From Pavona decussata (Eukaryota), in contig CDRNST010000007.1 in assembly GCA_977016875.1 (NCBI GenBank), positions 2,232,001 through 2,296,000 on the forward strand: a DNA stretch of 64,000 nt, written 5' to 3'. Positions 47,701 to 60,017 of this stretch are shown here, piece after piece. Position numbers and translations under genes: made by a program. The notes under the pieces were generated by a model. The model was not told the origin of the DNA and searched no databases. It saw only the letters and a list, made by a program, of their open reading frames with translations. Every line of letters starts with the position of its first letter. Position 1 is the first letter of the stretch.

Positions 47701-49587
47701 GTAGTTGGCAGATCTACTGATTACTTTTATTCTCGACTTTCCAACCATCAGATTTTCTCAGATTATTACAGTCGAACCAGGTCAAGCGTACCCCCCTAGA
47801 TTCTATTAATGAAACTATTATTTGAAAATTGAACCCGTTAGTCGTTTCAAGTATTCAAATCAAAATTAGATTTCTGATTGGATTATACGAACAATACATG
47901 AAACCAGAAAACCAGAAAGCCCGCGGGAAAAACCCTTCTTAATATATTCAGAGCGGCAATTCTTGACTTATATAGCAATGGATTTTCCAAAAAGCAGATT
48001 TCTCTTCATTTACAGCAGTCAACGCGTACTGTCAGAAAAAAAATTCGCCATTTTAAACCGGGCACGGTGGTCCTGTCGTGTAAGTTTAAACTCACTAATG
48101 ATCACTAAATGGACATTTTACGTTTGTACACTTGCGTTTTTCTTCCGTTAATTATTCAAAAACAAAAATGAAAAAGGACTGGAAGCGTTTTATCATAATA
48201 AACGATTCTCTTTTTGAGGTATATGCTAATTTATTTGGCGAAAAGTATGCGAACTCACAGTGAAAGATGTTCATTTCAGTTGACCTTCGACAATGGCAGC
48301 ACATGTGTTGCGCTATTCGTCGCGGTATAATGGACAGTCTGGTGAAATAATAATACATACCAAACTTTTTCATGCTACAAGGTGGGTAATGCTAGCTATA
48401 CATGAAAGATAAATTGGAATTTTTCAACCCGACTCATTTGCAAGCGCTTGACTTTGTGCTCTTGCCATGACCAAATTTGCATAACGAATTATGTGAATGT
48501 GTCAACAACACGCAGGAACAGTTTTAACGATCGAGCTGTTTCAATTATGTACTGTCGTTTGAATTTTACAGGCTACTGCTTTTACTGTTAGCGCGGATCT
48601 ATGTTATACGAATTTTAATTTGAACATCGATCCGCGCTAACAATGAATAAATGAATGCATTCTTTGAAACGACTAATCGGTTCAATTTTCAAATAATCGA
48701 CCCATTAATAGAGTCTAGGGGGGTACGCTTGACCTGGTTCGACTGTAACAGATTATTTAACGCGCGAGTTTTTGCACTTGTTAATTTCACAGTAATACCA
48801 TCAAATTACATGGCTCACATCAAAGCTTTCGACAAGAACAATGATGGATATATCACGGCTGAAGAGATGCAACAACGACTAAAAGAACTTAGAAAAGACG
48901 TCCCACTGAGAAGTTTGGAGCTTACTGTTGAACAGAAAGACGAAAACGGTGACAACAAGCTTGATTACGGAGGTAAGAGGAAAACTTGTTAAAAATTCAA
49001 CCTTAACTCTTTGCCATGAATTATAATTCTGTAATTATAGACTGAAAAATTGCAGAATTAGACCCCAAAATAGTCCGTTGGTCATTCGTACAAACACAAG
49101 CAGTCTTCAAATGATGAACAGTCTGGGGCAAGGGAGAAAATAAAGAGAGAGTAACACTGGGGAGAGAAGAGGGAGGAAGAGGCTCCCGTCCGCGAAAATC
49201 CGGCATTTTCCCTTTTTGTGCCCCGCATGTTTAAGCTTTTGGCGATTCGAATCAACCTCAGTGAATTTCAAGAGAAAAAGACAAAACGATTGTTTGGCAA
49301 TCTATTAAAGGATTGTCTTCAACTACAGTTCAGCAAAATTGTATTGCCTTTGTACCTTTTGAACTCTTTGAAATGTCCTAAGTTTTGTTGACTTGTATCA
49401 ACAGCAGCAAACAATTTTGTCTAAAATTGTGGGAGTACCGCACTTGTTCGTAAAAACCAATTGCCCCATCGTTTCCACTTACTTTAGGTATTACATAAAA
49501 CTGAATGCTTAAGTTTGTAACAGCTGATCATATCTAATTAAGATCTCGTATTTCGTTTCAGAATTCTACCAGTTTTTGAAAGGCTGA
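29746..49587 (+). CDS. Secreted protein: signal peptide + 4x F5/8 type C (discoidin) domains + Pro-rich linker + C-terminal EF-hand pair, predicted 692 aa
   Basis: Exons 29746-29827 ([21 protein letters not shown]..), 30344-30657, 31972-32110, 33903-34198, 35513-35651, 37444-37739, 39056-39194, 41289-41584, 42509-42647, 44153-44185 ([11 protein letters not shown]), 48793-48972, 49562-49587. All GT-AG, phases match, 2079 nt with no stop seen. Discoidin motifs [42 protein letters not shown] loops [12 protein letters not shown] and [18 protein letters not shown] at ~49761. Confidence 0.75.
30361..43310 (+). repeat. Four intragenic tandem duplications of a ~3.54-kb two-exon discoidin module
   Basis: Equivalent donors at 30657, 34198, 37739, 41584 (spacing 3541, 3541, 3845); introns are nearly identical. 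Confidence 0.95.
31115..31358. mobile_element. MITE (gggcccagttgttc family); copies at 7817-8053, 14240-14990, 34657-34899, 38197-38440, 47447-47695, 63556-63800
   Basis: caggggcgggttgttg..aagccgactaacgctaatcc ... gctttgaacaactgggcccag; absent from discoidin unit 4. Confidence 0.8.
44238..46415 (-). mobile_element. 5'-truncated Penelope-like retroelement (RT + GIY-YIG) with inverted pseudo-LTRs and 12-bp TSD, intronic
   Basis: RT 45698-46282 ([31 protein letters not shown]); GIY-YIG 44401-44733 ([16 protein letters not shown]). Inverted repeats 44238-44352 / 46281-46394; TSD aatttttttctt at 44226-44237 and 46416-46427. Interrupted by an unrelated ~680-bp insert (45031-45713). Confidence 0.92.
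46321..46361 (+). ncRNA. Minimal/atypical type I hammerhead-like motif in the PLE pseudo-LTR (second copy 44271-44311, - strand)
   Basis: ttcc-UUGAGAAU-ggcg(tcatgacgt)cgcc-GAAACGUC-ggaa: stem I ttcc/ggaa, stem II, vestigial helix III with palindromic ACGU. Confidence 0.55.
47769..48745. mobile_element. Non-autonomous Tc1/mariner-pogo-type DNA transposon, ~85-bp TIRs, TA TSD
   Basis: ta|cagtcgaaccaggtcaagcgtacccccctaga ... tctaggggggtacgcttgacctggttcgactg|ta; no transposase ORF. Confidence 0.9.
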
Positions 49588-51085
49588 ATCATACCACAGC
49601 TTAAACAAGACTGTAAACAAATTCAGTGAGGGTAATTTGCATTGCGCGGTTGACGTGAATTACTAGTGATATAACCGCCGATGTGGTTATTTGCTCATTT
49701 TTAGTTTTTAGCCAAAGGGTCTCTGGAGCTAGGGTAACTATCTTTACTTACGGTCGTGGAAATAAAGCTACTTGCTGCATTGCATTGTCGTTGTATAAAT
49801 ATACTGTCAATCCATTATATCCTCCATTTTGTATTCACTCCACAAATTGAGAAGTGGAGGCCCACGCGTGCCGTATGACTTGTTAGCGCTCTCTATCTCT
49901 TGTCTCCTTGAATTCCTTATATACTTGTTAACTGACCTTAGCCGGGTGCATTGAGTCTCACATCAGATTATCGTTCGGTGTCCGTACGAATGAGCACCGC
50001 CATTTTGAATAATCATCAAGTGGCCGTGAGATTTTGGGAGAGCTGGAGACGCGAAGTCCAGTCTCTAGTTATTCGGAGATTCGTAGACTCTTCCTCTTGT
50101 ATGTGGGGTACATTTCACTAGAGTTACCAATGGGTTCCTAACGTCCCTTAGTTCAGACCTCTTGCCGTTGAATATGCATAACCTGTATGCCATAATGACC
50201 GTCTCACAAAGCAATGTACCTTGTTTGAAGATTTCTAATTGTTGAGTTTAGGGTTCCCTGCGTGAGCCCTCTGCGAAAGTGCGCTAAGAAATTCCCAGGC
50301 GTGAGGTAAATGCTAAGAAAAACAAAAAAAAAAACGCGACCCTATGAAAATCAGTCTGAATAATTCAATAGCTTAAAATTATTAGTTATTTCAACTCAAG
50401 GGGTCATCTTGTTTGTTTCTGTTTTATGCCTTAACATGGTAAGCTAAATCGAAATAAATTGTGCAAAACCGTACTGCTCGCTGCAGTTAAACTTACAGCA
50501 AAGTTCTTTGTACACATAGCATAGCAAACAGAAGCCATTGAATAGATTCTCTCGTTTAATGTTACGAAATGATAGTTAAGATTAATATGAAGTGGACTGA
50601 AAAAATACTAAAAATGCCCCTCTTCCGTTTGAAAATCGTTATTTCAACTTAACAACAACAATGACTAGTCTGCCAACAGCAATTTTGCATCTTTAATTGT
50701 CAGTTATGTTCTGCATTTTCCTATTCATCATAAAATGCCTAAATAAAAGGGGTTTTTTATGGGATGATTTAATTGCAGTGGGAAACGACAAAAATATTAT
50801 TGTATATTAAACTCGGGAGTTAGGACGTTCGTTAGGCTGAGAGGTTTGAAAGCTGCAATGAATACAACTATCAAGAGAAAACAAAGCAGTTTAAGCCCCC
50901 ATTGAAACGAAAACATAAAACACTGTTACAAGTTTGCACAAAAACATCATTATGGATGAATTATTAGCATAATAAGACAACAGACACAAGGCTTCCAAAA
51001 CGTATAATTAAAAAATTAAAATTTTAGAGAACTGGGCGCTATTAAACCCCAGGTCGCCAAAACACAGATGTGACCGTAGGCTGAA

Positions 51086-51294
51086 CACGTGACCAGACTT
51101 CTTGGGCGCGAACAATACAAACGTATTACACATGCGTAGACCTCTTACACGCTGCTTAACTATCCAAAGGCCCAATTCATTGGCCGTTTTTGCAGCAAAT
51201 TGCAGTCTTCACAAAGCATATGGTGCCAAGCGAGTTCCCATAACACTATGATGATTGTCAGGGTATAAAAGCCCGAGCAAAGCGCGCATTTTTC
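51086..51294 (+). promoter_or_regulatory. Promoter of variant U1 copy 1: CACGTG box (-209), attacacatgcgtag (-170), CCAAT (-116), PSE-like block (-80 to -48), TATA (-31)
   Basis: Each motif is conserved at the same distance (within 1 nt) upstream of the inverted copy at 61748-61957, while the distal spacers diverge. Confidence 0.75.
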
Positions 51295-51461
51295 ATACTT
51301 ACAGGGCACTGGAGCTACTGTGATCACGAAGGCAGTGCTCCCTGGTTTTCGGCCTTCACTGCACTCTAAGAAGGCTGATTCCTGCGTGTTCCCCAGACCT
51401 TGGGTGCACGGTGTGAAATTTTTGTTAGTCGGGCTGACCTGCGTACGCGCTCGTTGGCCCC
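51295..51461 (+). ncRNA. U1: Variant U1 snRNA, copy 1 (5' AUACUUACAGG)
   Basis: ~166 nt. SL1 ggagctactgt-GATCACGAAG-gcagtgctcc; SL2 loop acTGCACtc; SL3; helix H gcac/gtgt; Sm site aaatttttg; SL4 with gcg-tacg-cgc. Confidence 0.9.
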
Positions 51462-51559
51462 CAATACAATATAAGACAGCTTACTTGAGTACGGGACAAA
51501 ACAAGAACAAGCACTCACCGACGGTACTTGATGAGTGCTTACGCAATCTAAGTCTAACT

Positions 51560-51760
51560 TTTCCCTCTTATCAACTCTTGCGTGCTCTCATAAACTCTAA
51601 TGTGCTCTCATCTACGACGTATATGCTTTCATCAACATTGATCAACTCTCAAACGTCTTCAACAACTCTCATGCGCTCTCATCAACTCCCATACGCTCTC
51701 ATAAATTCTCATCTTCTTTAGACAACTATACATCAAAGGATTTGATAGCGTTCAAACTTT
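51560..51760. repeat. tcaactctca-type low-complexity repeat / degenerate MITE
   Basis: Repeated (t)caactctc(a) and gctctca units. Confidence 0.6.
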
Positions 51761-54700
51761 AGACACTTAACAGATAATATTTTAGACCTGCGATCGTAGT
51801 TAGGTGTTAATATCGTCTCTTGTTAGCCATAGTTCATGTTTAACCACGCCGTCAATATGAAATATTAATTTAATAGAGCATACAATGGATAACGGAAGAT
51901 AACTAAATTTATACAAGATAAAGCAAGCTGTCTCTAAACCGCCACAAAACGGGCAAAATTGTTGCTAAGGAAATTATTTTATAGCTCTCTGATATAGCCA
52001 TCTACATCACAAGTAAAACTCCTATCTCTTTCATCTTTCGTGTCAGGGTTTAGCTCTTTATTAAAATTATAATTGCAAAAGCTTTAGGCTCTCGACACCA
52101 TCAGCAACGAAGGTCTGTGCACAAATGAAAATAATGAAACTTAAGCAGTGAAAGTATCCACTTGTCAAAGCTACAGCAAAATCTTTTTTGTTTCTTAATC
52201 GACTTACCGATACAGTACGATCCAATTGTCAAAACTCTTTTGTTTACGAATAACGTTTTCAAAGCTTTGATAAACTGAACTTTCATTTCTAATTTGATCT
52301 TTGAGCTCGCAAACGTTCGGGCGCTTTTAAAGTAAATAATTAAGTCATAAATCGAGGAAAGACCGGTCGACGATAACGAACGTTTTTAAGAAATAGCTTT
52401 CAAATCGAGCTTAACTACCAGGACCTTAATTTGTGTTTTTCAGCTGTGTTTTGAAACAGCCTTGAACATATGTTTATTATTCTGACACACGTAAGTCTTT
52501 TGGAAAATGCGTGGTCATTTAATCCGACTTTTTCTAGTTTGTCCTTCAGTAAAACTAAACAAAAAAGGATTGACAGTTTGCGGCCTAAGCCCGAAGAAAA
52601 CTTTTTTTTCCAAGAAAAATACGACGATTGTTTGGAAAATAATAACCCCTGGGTTTTTGGAAAATTGGAAGACGAAAATAGTCAGTCAGACTAACTAGAT
52701 AGCACATTTGGGGTCAGCTGTACGTATTTATTAACACTGAAAACGCCGAATATGATGAAGTTGGCCGTTTTGAATGCTAACAACAATTTCAGATAATTGG
52801 CTTCATATCTAATCGCTCAGTTGTATATATTTTTAAACAAAACGTGTTTAATTAATACAGAGCAACAAAGGAAAACAGAAATGGAATTTTAGTGTAAATC
52901 AAGGCTTACAGAAAACTCACGATATGATTAAGCGTAAGTTTTTAACCCCCCCCCCCCCCCCTTTTTATTTTATTTTATTTTTTTTTCAGAATGAAACGCT
53001 TTAGAAAAAAGTCTTAAAGCTAAATCACCTGCACTTTAATATACATCTACCATCTCCCTATCTAATCGATATGGCGCCCAGAAAATGAAAAAAAGGCTTT
53101 AATTAGTGGCCGTTTGTGTTCGGCTTGCAGTGCACTTGAATTAATAGAGTTGTTTCAGTGTTGCATTTCACTGTCGGTTTCATCTTTCACGTTTCGCTTA
53201 TAACTAGTACATGCAAACTTCGAACCAATGTCCTTACAAGCTGGAGAGCATAAAATGAAAACGAATTTGTATTCTTTGTGAATTAACTGAATCGATCTGT
53301 TTTATTCTTGTAGGAGTTACTGATTTTACTGAAGAAAAAACTTCCATAATCGCTTTCAGTCGAGACATACAAAAACAAATGAATTTAACTGATACGTCGG
53401 AGAAGCGTACTGAGTAAAGAAGGACCTCGCCGTTAGAGAGAACCGCGTTGTGTCTTGTTAAAACACAAGCTCTAATCGGTCTGGGCCGTTTGCCATTCCG
53501 AAGTGGTCGGTTTAATACAAACTGACACAGCTAGGAGAAACCTCGAATGATACACCGGCCGAAAATACTATTAAAATGAGCAAATTAGAATAGGAATTTG
53601 ACTGTTTTGAGGTAAAGCTGGCCTTAGGCGGCGTGTTTTATCTTTTATTCCACTGGGTTTGTTTGCGGACCTCCTGCCATTAAACATGTAAAATGAAACA
53701 ATACAAAAAGCATGGATAGCTATCCTTGGGAGTTTTAGTTGACGTTCTCACTGGCGCACTAAGTTATCCGGCTGATTGTCACTGACAAAGGTTTTTCTTT
53801 GAGACCTGCTGTACACAAAGGTAAAACTTTTGCTCTAAACTGTTCCATGCAAAAAAAAAAAAAAATCCGTGCCATGTGTAAAATTCTGGAGACAGCTACA
53901 AGTCGATCCTACAAGATGTAAAATAAGTTTAGTTGAAACCGATTTATAGTTTGCTAACACTCTTACAGGAGTATACGAACGTGGGACTTTACGACCTTGC
54001 ATAGCCAGTGATAGCGTCAGAAAATAATCAGTGTATTTTTTATCTCACTTTTCTCCGTCTTCTGCGGTTGCTGCACATCAAAATAAATTTGTCAAGTCTT
54101 TACGTTATTTTTGAAATATGCAAAGTTAAAGTGAAATCGTTAGTTCTAATTGCAGAAGGTCCATTATTGGGCGTCTTTACTATTCCAATGAGCCAATGAG
54201 CTAGCAGTTCATAAAGAGGTCGGTCAACTTTCTCGGCAAAAACCAATCAATTTCAAGAATTTTTTTTCTGAAAACATTATTAAAGTCGATAATTAGTCTT
54301 TTCTTGTCTCAAAATTGGCATATTGTTTAACTAAGATGTTTTCGTTTTATTATGGAAGACGGCCTGCAGTAACTTTCTTTGAAGTTAGCTCCTTTGATCT
54401 GTAAAGAACAAATCAAGTTGCTGCAAAATCCACCATACGGAAAAAATTGGCGGCTTAATTTGTATTTTACCATACAGCCAACAGGCACGTACGAAGACAT
54501 TTCTTTTGCGAAATTCAAATTCGTCTCTCTGCTAACAAAAGGTAAATGTTTGGTTTGAAGTTTTTGACAACTTTTCTGTCCGTTTCTATGAGCGTTTTTA
54601 GGGATTTCGTACACTAAGAATTATGGTTAAATATACCAGTACAATACGGTGCGTTGAAAATGGCACTGACTGTGGCCAAGCGAACTCTCTTGTGATTAAA

Positions 54701-55025
54701 AGCGAGTTATAATTACACGCAATTTGCAAAACGTCATGTCGATATAGCGCCTTGGTCGCCAAACCAAAATAGATAACATAAAGAGGAACTTGTTCAACTG
54801 GTCGCCTCCAGATCTTTGAGTTCACCTTTGCAGGGTCCTGGGACCAACCTTGCTGACTTCCGGTTTCATTAGCATTTCCAGGCCTCCGCGGTCTTACCGA
54901 CTTCGTGCTTTTCCGAATAAAAAGATCGGAGATTCGGAGTTTAGAAGTTTATATTAAATTTATCAATCTTTTATTGCTAGCTTTTGAACTCATCCACGTA
55001 ACTGGCTGGTCGATGCAAGTTGCCT

Positions 55026-55026
<1 letters not shown>

Positions 55027-55063
<37 letters not shown>
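55027..55063. repeat. (GTT)n microsatellite; also (CTT)n ~25326-25358 and (GAAA)n ~15398-15434
   Basis: Direct inspection. Confidence 0.95.
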
Positions 55064-58000
55064 ATGCGTATCGCTTTTTGTCTCTGGGTAATTTCATTTA
55101 GTTTTTTACTTTCAGTTATCATTTTTGTATTATTATTTTCTCGCAACTGAGATTTCACCGAATTACACGGATCATGAATAAATGCTGTCAGCCTGTTAAA
55201 ACATCATTCTTGGAAGTTGTGGTTTTGTTTGATTTCTTTTCATTTGTTTGTTGTATTTTTCGGGGGAGGGGTGGGGAGAAGATGTCCACCTCACCGCAAA
55301 CGCGACAGTGCCGACTTGTGTTGGACGACCTATGGGCTGTGAGCCTTGTTAGCTGCAGAGGGCTCTATTTGCTGAGACCTCGGCTAACGTCGGCCGTTTG
55401 ATAAACACACCGAAGATCAACTTCTTCGAACAATTGGGTTCTCTTTCAGTAAAACTTTGTGTATTTGAATCGGCGGTTATGTATGTAATTTTGTAGTTCT
55501 GTTAATATTTAGCACTAAAGTAACGGAAGACCCCCAACCAATACATTTTTATCCGCTGGATAGCGAGTTATCCGCTCTTTGAACAACTGGGATCAAAACT
55601 CCATCCCCGAATTTAGGATCGCGAGCTGCTGTCAACTTTCCGAAAATCATCGTTAGGTGACTCAGTATTCAGAATATTTCGTCCTCCAAACGACATCCTT
55701 TGTCCTTTCGAAACAAAAAGAATTAATTTTCGAAAGTCAAATACCAGCTAGAGAAAACGCCAGTTTTTTATCATTGACAATTTCAGATCTTTCAAACAGA
55801 TGTTCTACCCTTGACTCTTGTTTTTACAGAAGGACAAAGCACTGATTTTCTAGTTTTCACATATCACTGATTTCCTTACCATCTCGACATATATTACTTA
55901 CAGTATTAGTTTCATTTAATTGCAGTTGCTGCCGGATAATGATTCAAGGTTGTCTCACCCCATACCTGAGTGTAAATTGCATTCAGTGTCAACTCTGCTG
56001 GAGTTCAATGAAATGAATTAAACAAAAAGTGTAAACATGATTAATATGTTAAGTGCAAAGCCTCGGAAGAATACTGTTAAAGAAATTGTTATCCACATTA
56101 AATTTAAACCTATGAAGGTGACAGCAGAAGCGTATACAGTATATATAGCCAAAGATTTAAAAAAATATATAGTTACTGAAGTTATTTGCCTTCAGGAAAT
56201 TAAAGGAGTCTTCTAGGCCGTTGCTCCATCTTCAGTCGAATATCACAAAAGTGTGATAAGCAACAACTGAAAGACGCCAAATTGCTTTGCTTGAGTGAAA
56301 TCATTAAAAATTTACCTCGAAACCAAATTTTTCACCCGAGAGAAGAACTTTGTTTTGGTGAAGTAAACGCCTCGCTTTTGAGACATTTCTATCAAATGGA
56401 GATTCTAAGTGAATTTGTTTTATCTTTTCATTAAAATGCTCACTATTCAAACCCTTCTTCATAGGCAAGCCCGACTTCTTAGGCAAAAATATCAGGAATT
56501 ATGTTTAGCTTTCATACATTTATGAACGCTTTTCAGTCGGATCCGGTTCTAGCTTAAAACCATAAATTCACAGCACATTAATCTGCCATAACTATATACA
56601 GACATTAATATGACAATATTTCGTAAAATATTTTGTGATGGCTCAATAGTGACTAAAAGTAGTGAAAAAATGAGATTGAGGTGAAACATGTATCGCTAGG
56701 TTTTCGAGGAATCTCTTGTTCCTCTATTAAAAAATATTGTCCATAATTATAGAAAGTAATTGTATTCGAACTAAATAAGTGGTAAATACGTTGGCTTACA
56801 GGTACAAAAATGTTCATGTTAGGTTCGTGAAGCCAGGAATCGATGACAGAAAAGTTTTAGTTCGTCGTCCGTGGACTGGGTGTGTCTGGTAAGTTCAAAG
56901 TTTCCTCGCGCGAAATATAAGTTGAACTCAACAATATGTTGCTGTCCCTCGTTGTCACGAGAACAGTGTATAGCAATACAATTGGCTCACAGTGAACTGT
57001 GACGTTACCGGCTGGCACGTGCAGTGCCGTATCCATGGCAGCCAAGCGTGTTATTATACCAGACCGAGGCAACATGGCGAAGGTGTTTCATTTATGGCTT
57101 TTGCGCTACAGTGCGCAAAATACCCTGAGAATGGACAATTTATTGGATGTCGTATTCACCACAATATCAGTTCTTCCATGAAATAACATGTTACCCACCT
57201 GTAAGCTTGCAGTAGCTTTATCTACCGGAGTTTATGGTCCAAAATTAGGTAGCTGAACACAGCTGTTGCATAAACAACACAGTATTTAGTTATAGACGGT
57301 TCTCCTCTCGAATCCAAGCTGATTCAATCCTCCAAGAGAGTTCGTTATCGCAAAAATTTAAACATTCTCTGCAGCATTTATTTTTTAGGAGGGAAGAGTT
57401 ATTTCCGGAAGTAACAAGCTGTTGTTTTGCAGTATGCCTACGCCACAAAATTATAATTGCGTCCCCTAGTCGAAAAGCGAAATTCATTTGAGTTTTATTT
57501 TTTAAAATTTATAATCATGGCCGGAGAGAACGTAAAGAAAGAACACTTCCTCTAAGAAAAATTATATTCCAGGACAGTATGCTTTTAAAACCAAATATTT
57601 CATTTTAAATGCTTTGCTCAAAGATAGGAAACTTTAACTTCCTCCAATAGTCGAGAAGCCTGAAGCAAAGAAGTTTGAATTAGTGATTGTGTCATTTTGA
57701 GCCAAAATTTCAAGTTAAGTTACGGGTAAACCTAAGATCTCCTGGTAAGGCAGTAAACTGGGGTACTATGAGAGCCATATGTTTTGATTCCAAATAGTTT
57801 ACTAAATCAAGGTGGGCACACCTTTATCATAGATCAACAAATGTTTTCGCTTTAAATTAGTGCGAAGTCTTTAAGGAGACAAAAAACAAGCTCACTGGCT
57901 GACTTGGCGCACCATTAGAAACAGATCAGCTGAGTCAGTACAGCTAAACTGTTTTGATGTCAAATACATTACTTTTGTAGACGGTCTGGCGGTTATGAAA

Positions 58001-59848
58001 CTGTTAAGTCTAGGATTTTTTTATAGGAAATTCGCTCTTTAATCATTTTCAAATGTCGCATACCTTTGAAAAGCTAAAAATTACCCCAGTAATTAGGCGG
58101 CAAACGTCGATATCTCTAGAAACTAGAAAACGTTTGTTTACCTTCTGGGGAAAATGCGAAATTATTCATAGTAAAATTTTTCAATTGAAAATTTTAATTA
58201 ACCACACCTGCAAAACCCCGACAGCCCAAGAAGGAAAAACTGTTTACATCTGTTCTCCTTAAAGGCAATTTTGTCTACCTTTTTTTTCTAATGATTATTC
58301 GTATTTTCGCTCTCCTCGATCTTTCACGGTTTGTTAAGCCAACCTTTTGCCTTAATAGATGCATGACATATCGCTGACGGTGTAAGGAATCATTATTACT
58401 ATATTTTTTAGCACGTTCTGACAGCAATCACGAAACACCAAGCCCCGTTCACGAAAAGGAACTTTTTCCCGTCTAGTTTGGCCATCCGCAGTCACACTAA
58501 AACCGTGTTTTCGACCACACTGTGAATTTAGTATTTCTGGGGACTGGATAGCATTTCAGTGAGTAGATGTTATAAACGGCCAGAAAACGATAGTATGGAC
58601 GGAAAACACTTCAATTGGTGCGTTCTTGGGCGAAATGCCGTTTTCAAATTTATTCGGATTATTGAGGGCCTAAAAGGGTGGTTGTATTTCGCTGTCAACA
58701 AAAAGAAACTAATGGCACCGAATACCGAATACAAGCCCCTCCAAAAGTATTGAGCCTTTGACATGGGCTCCTGTATGAGGGAATTTGATTTTGTTGGGTT
58801 ATTATCAACAAGGGCGAGTGAAAAGGGAGGATAGAGAGGGCTGCCGTTGGCCCCTTTGAGTAGTTCAAAATGCAGGAAGTACCTTTAGTTACCTTTGAAG
58901 TCTGCACTTCACTACTTTTCTGTTGTATGTTTTATTCCCTCGTGCACCCTATGTACACGTCTTGGTAACAAAACCATCAACTTAACCTCAAGCAAAAATA
59001 CAAACCTAACGTTTGTAATATTAGTAAGGATTTTCAAGTTTCTTTGGTTAACAATTTAACCTCAGGCAAACATTTAGTTCTTGTCCGGTCTAAACAGTTA
59101 TTTCTTGATCATTTTCAGTTAATAATTGAAGATTCATTTTTAAGTTTAGTAGAATTCATCACCAAAAAGATCATTAACATAACCTTTATTGAACAAAACC
59201 AATTCAAATTATCATACGTTTGTGGAGCTTTCAAGGGAATAAATAATATGTTTTGTAGTTCAAGAGATTTCCACATTCTTCACCAAAGTTTGATCGATAA
59301 AAACCTTCATTTCTATCGAAATAATATGCCTCTTGCATAACATGAAAATAAATTACATTTCAAATATTGTTTTAGTGGATCTGATAATCTAATTTACCAG
59401 TTTCCGCTGAGTTTAACACTAAAGATGCATTCTGAATAGGGATATAGTAACCATTGTATTTTTAGACAAAAAGTAACAGAAATTACTGAGCAACACATCG
59501 ACCCTGCTAACAGCGAAGGTCGATTTTCAATAAACATAATAAATATTGTACAGTACAAATTTTGGACGTGAAAGAAAGTTTAAACGAGTTGAAAGAATCA
59601 ATTTTCAGTCCCATGCTGATATATAATTGGTTGTATATAAGATTGCATTGAAAATGCTCTCAGCTTCCTTAATGACAAATATAACAAAATAACTAATTTC
59701 CTGAAAGCCCTATGTTGAAAACGCAGACTCGAATTGCTACAATTTCATTGGCTGATTAACCGTTTTTAGTGAATTATTATAACAGCACACCGTAAGGGAG
59801 GCCATATCGCCGACATATAAAAGCCGTGTTCGTTCTTCGATTCTCGTC

Positions 59849-60017
59849 AAACTTACAGTGCACAGGAGCCTCGTGATCAAGAAGGCAAGGCTCCCAAGGT
59901 GAGGTGGCGCATTGCACTCCGGGCCACTGACCCTTGCGTTCACTCCAGGCCGAGTGAGTCGGGTGCTAAATTTTTGTTTGATGTCGGGGTGACATGCGTA
60001 CTCGCTTGTAAACCCCT
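59849..60017 (+). ncRNA. U1: Variant U1 snRNA, divergent copy (5' AAACUUACAGU)
   Basis: ~168 nt. SL1 ggagcctcgt-GATCAAGAAG-gcaaggctcc; SL2 caagg..gtggc-ATTGCACTCC-gccac..ccttg; SL3 tcactc/gagtga; helix H gcac/gtgc; Sm aaatttttg; SL4 gggg..cccc. TATAAAA at -33. Confidence 0.88.

Noticed and set aside
51320-51721. 133-aa ORF
   Set aside because: It overlaps the variant U1 gene and a low-complexity repeat.
53300-55450. Possible gene or lncRNA promoter (ccggaagt at ~54858, scattered splice-like signals)
   Set aside because: No coherent ORF, exon chain or RNA family could be recognised.
56795-57200. Possible mariner-type element or further U1 copy (cttacagg.. / ..cctgtaag)
   Set aside because: The inverted match is short and imperfect; no U1 stems or Sm site.
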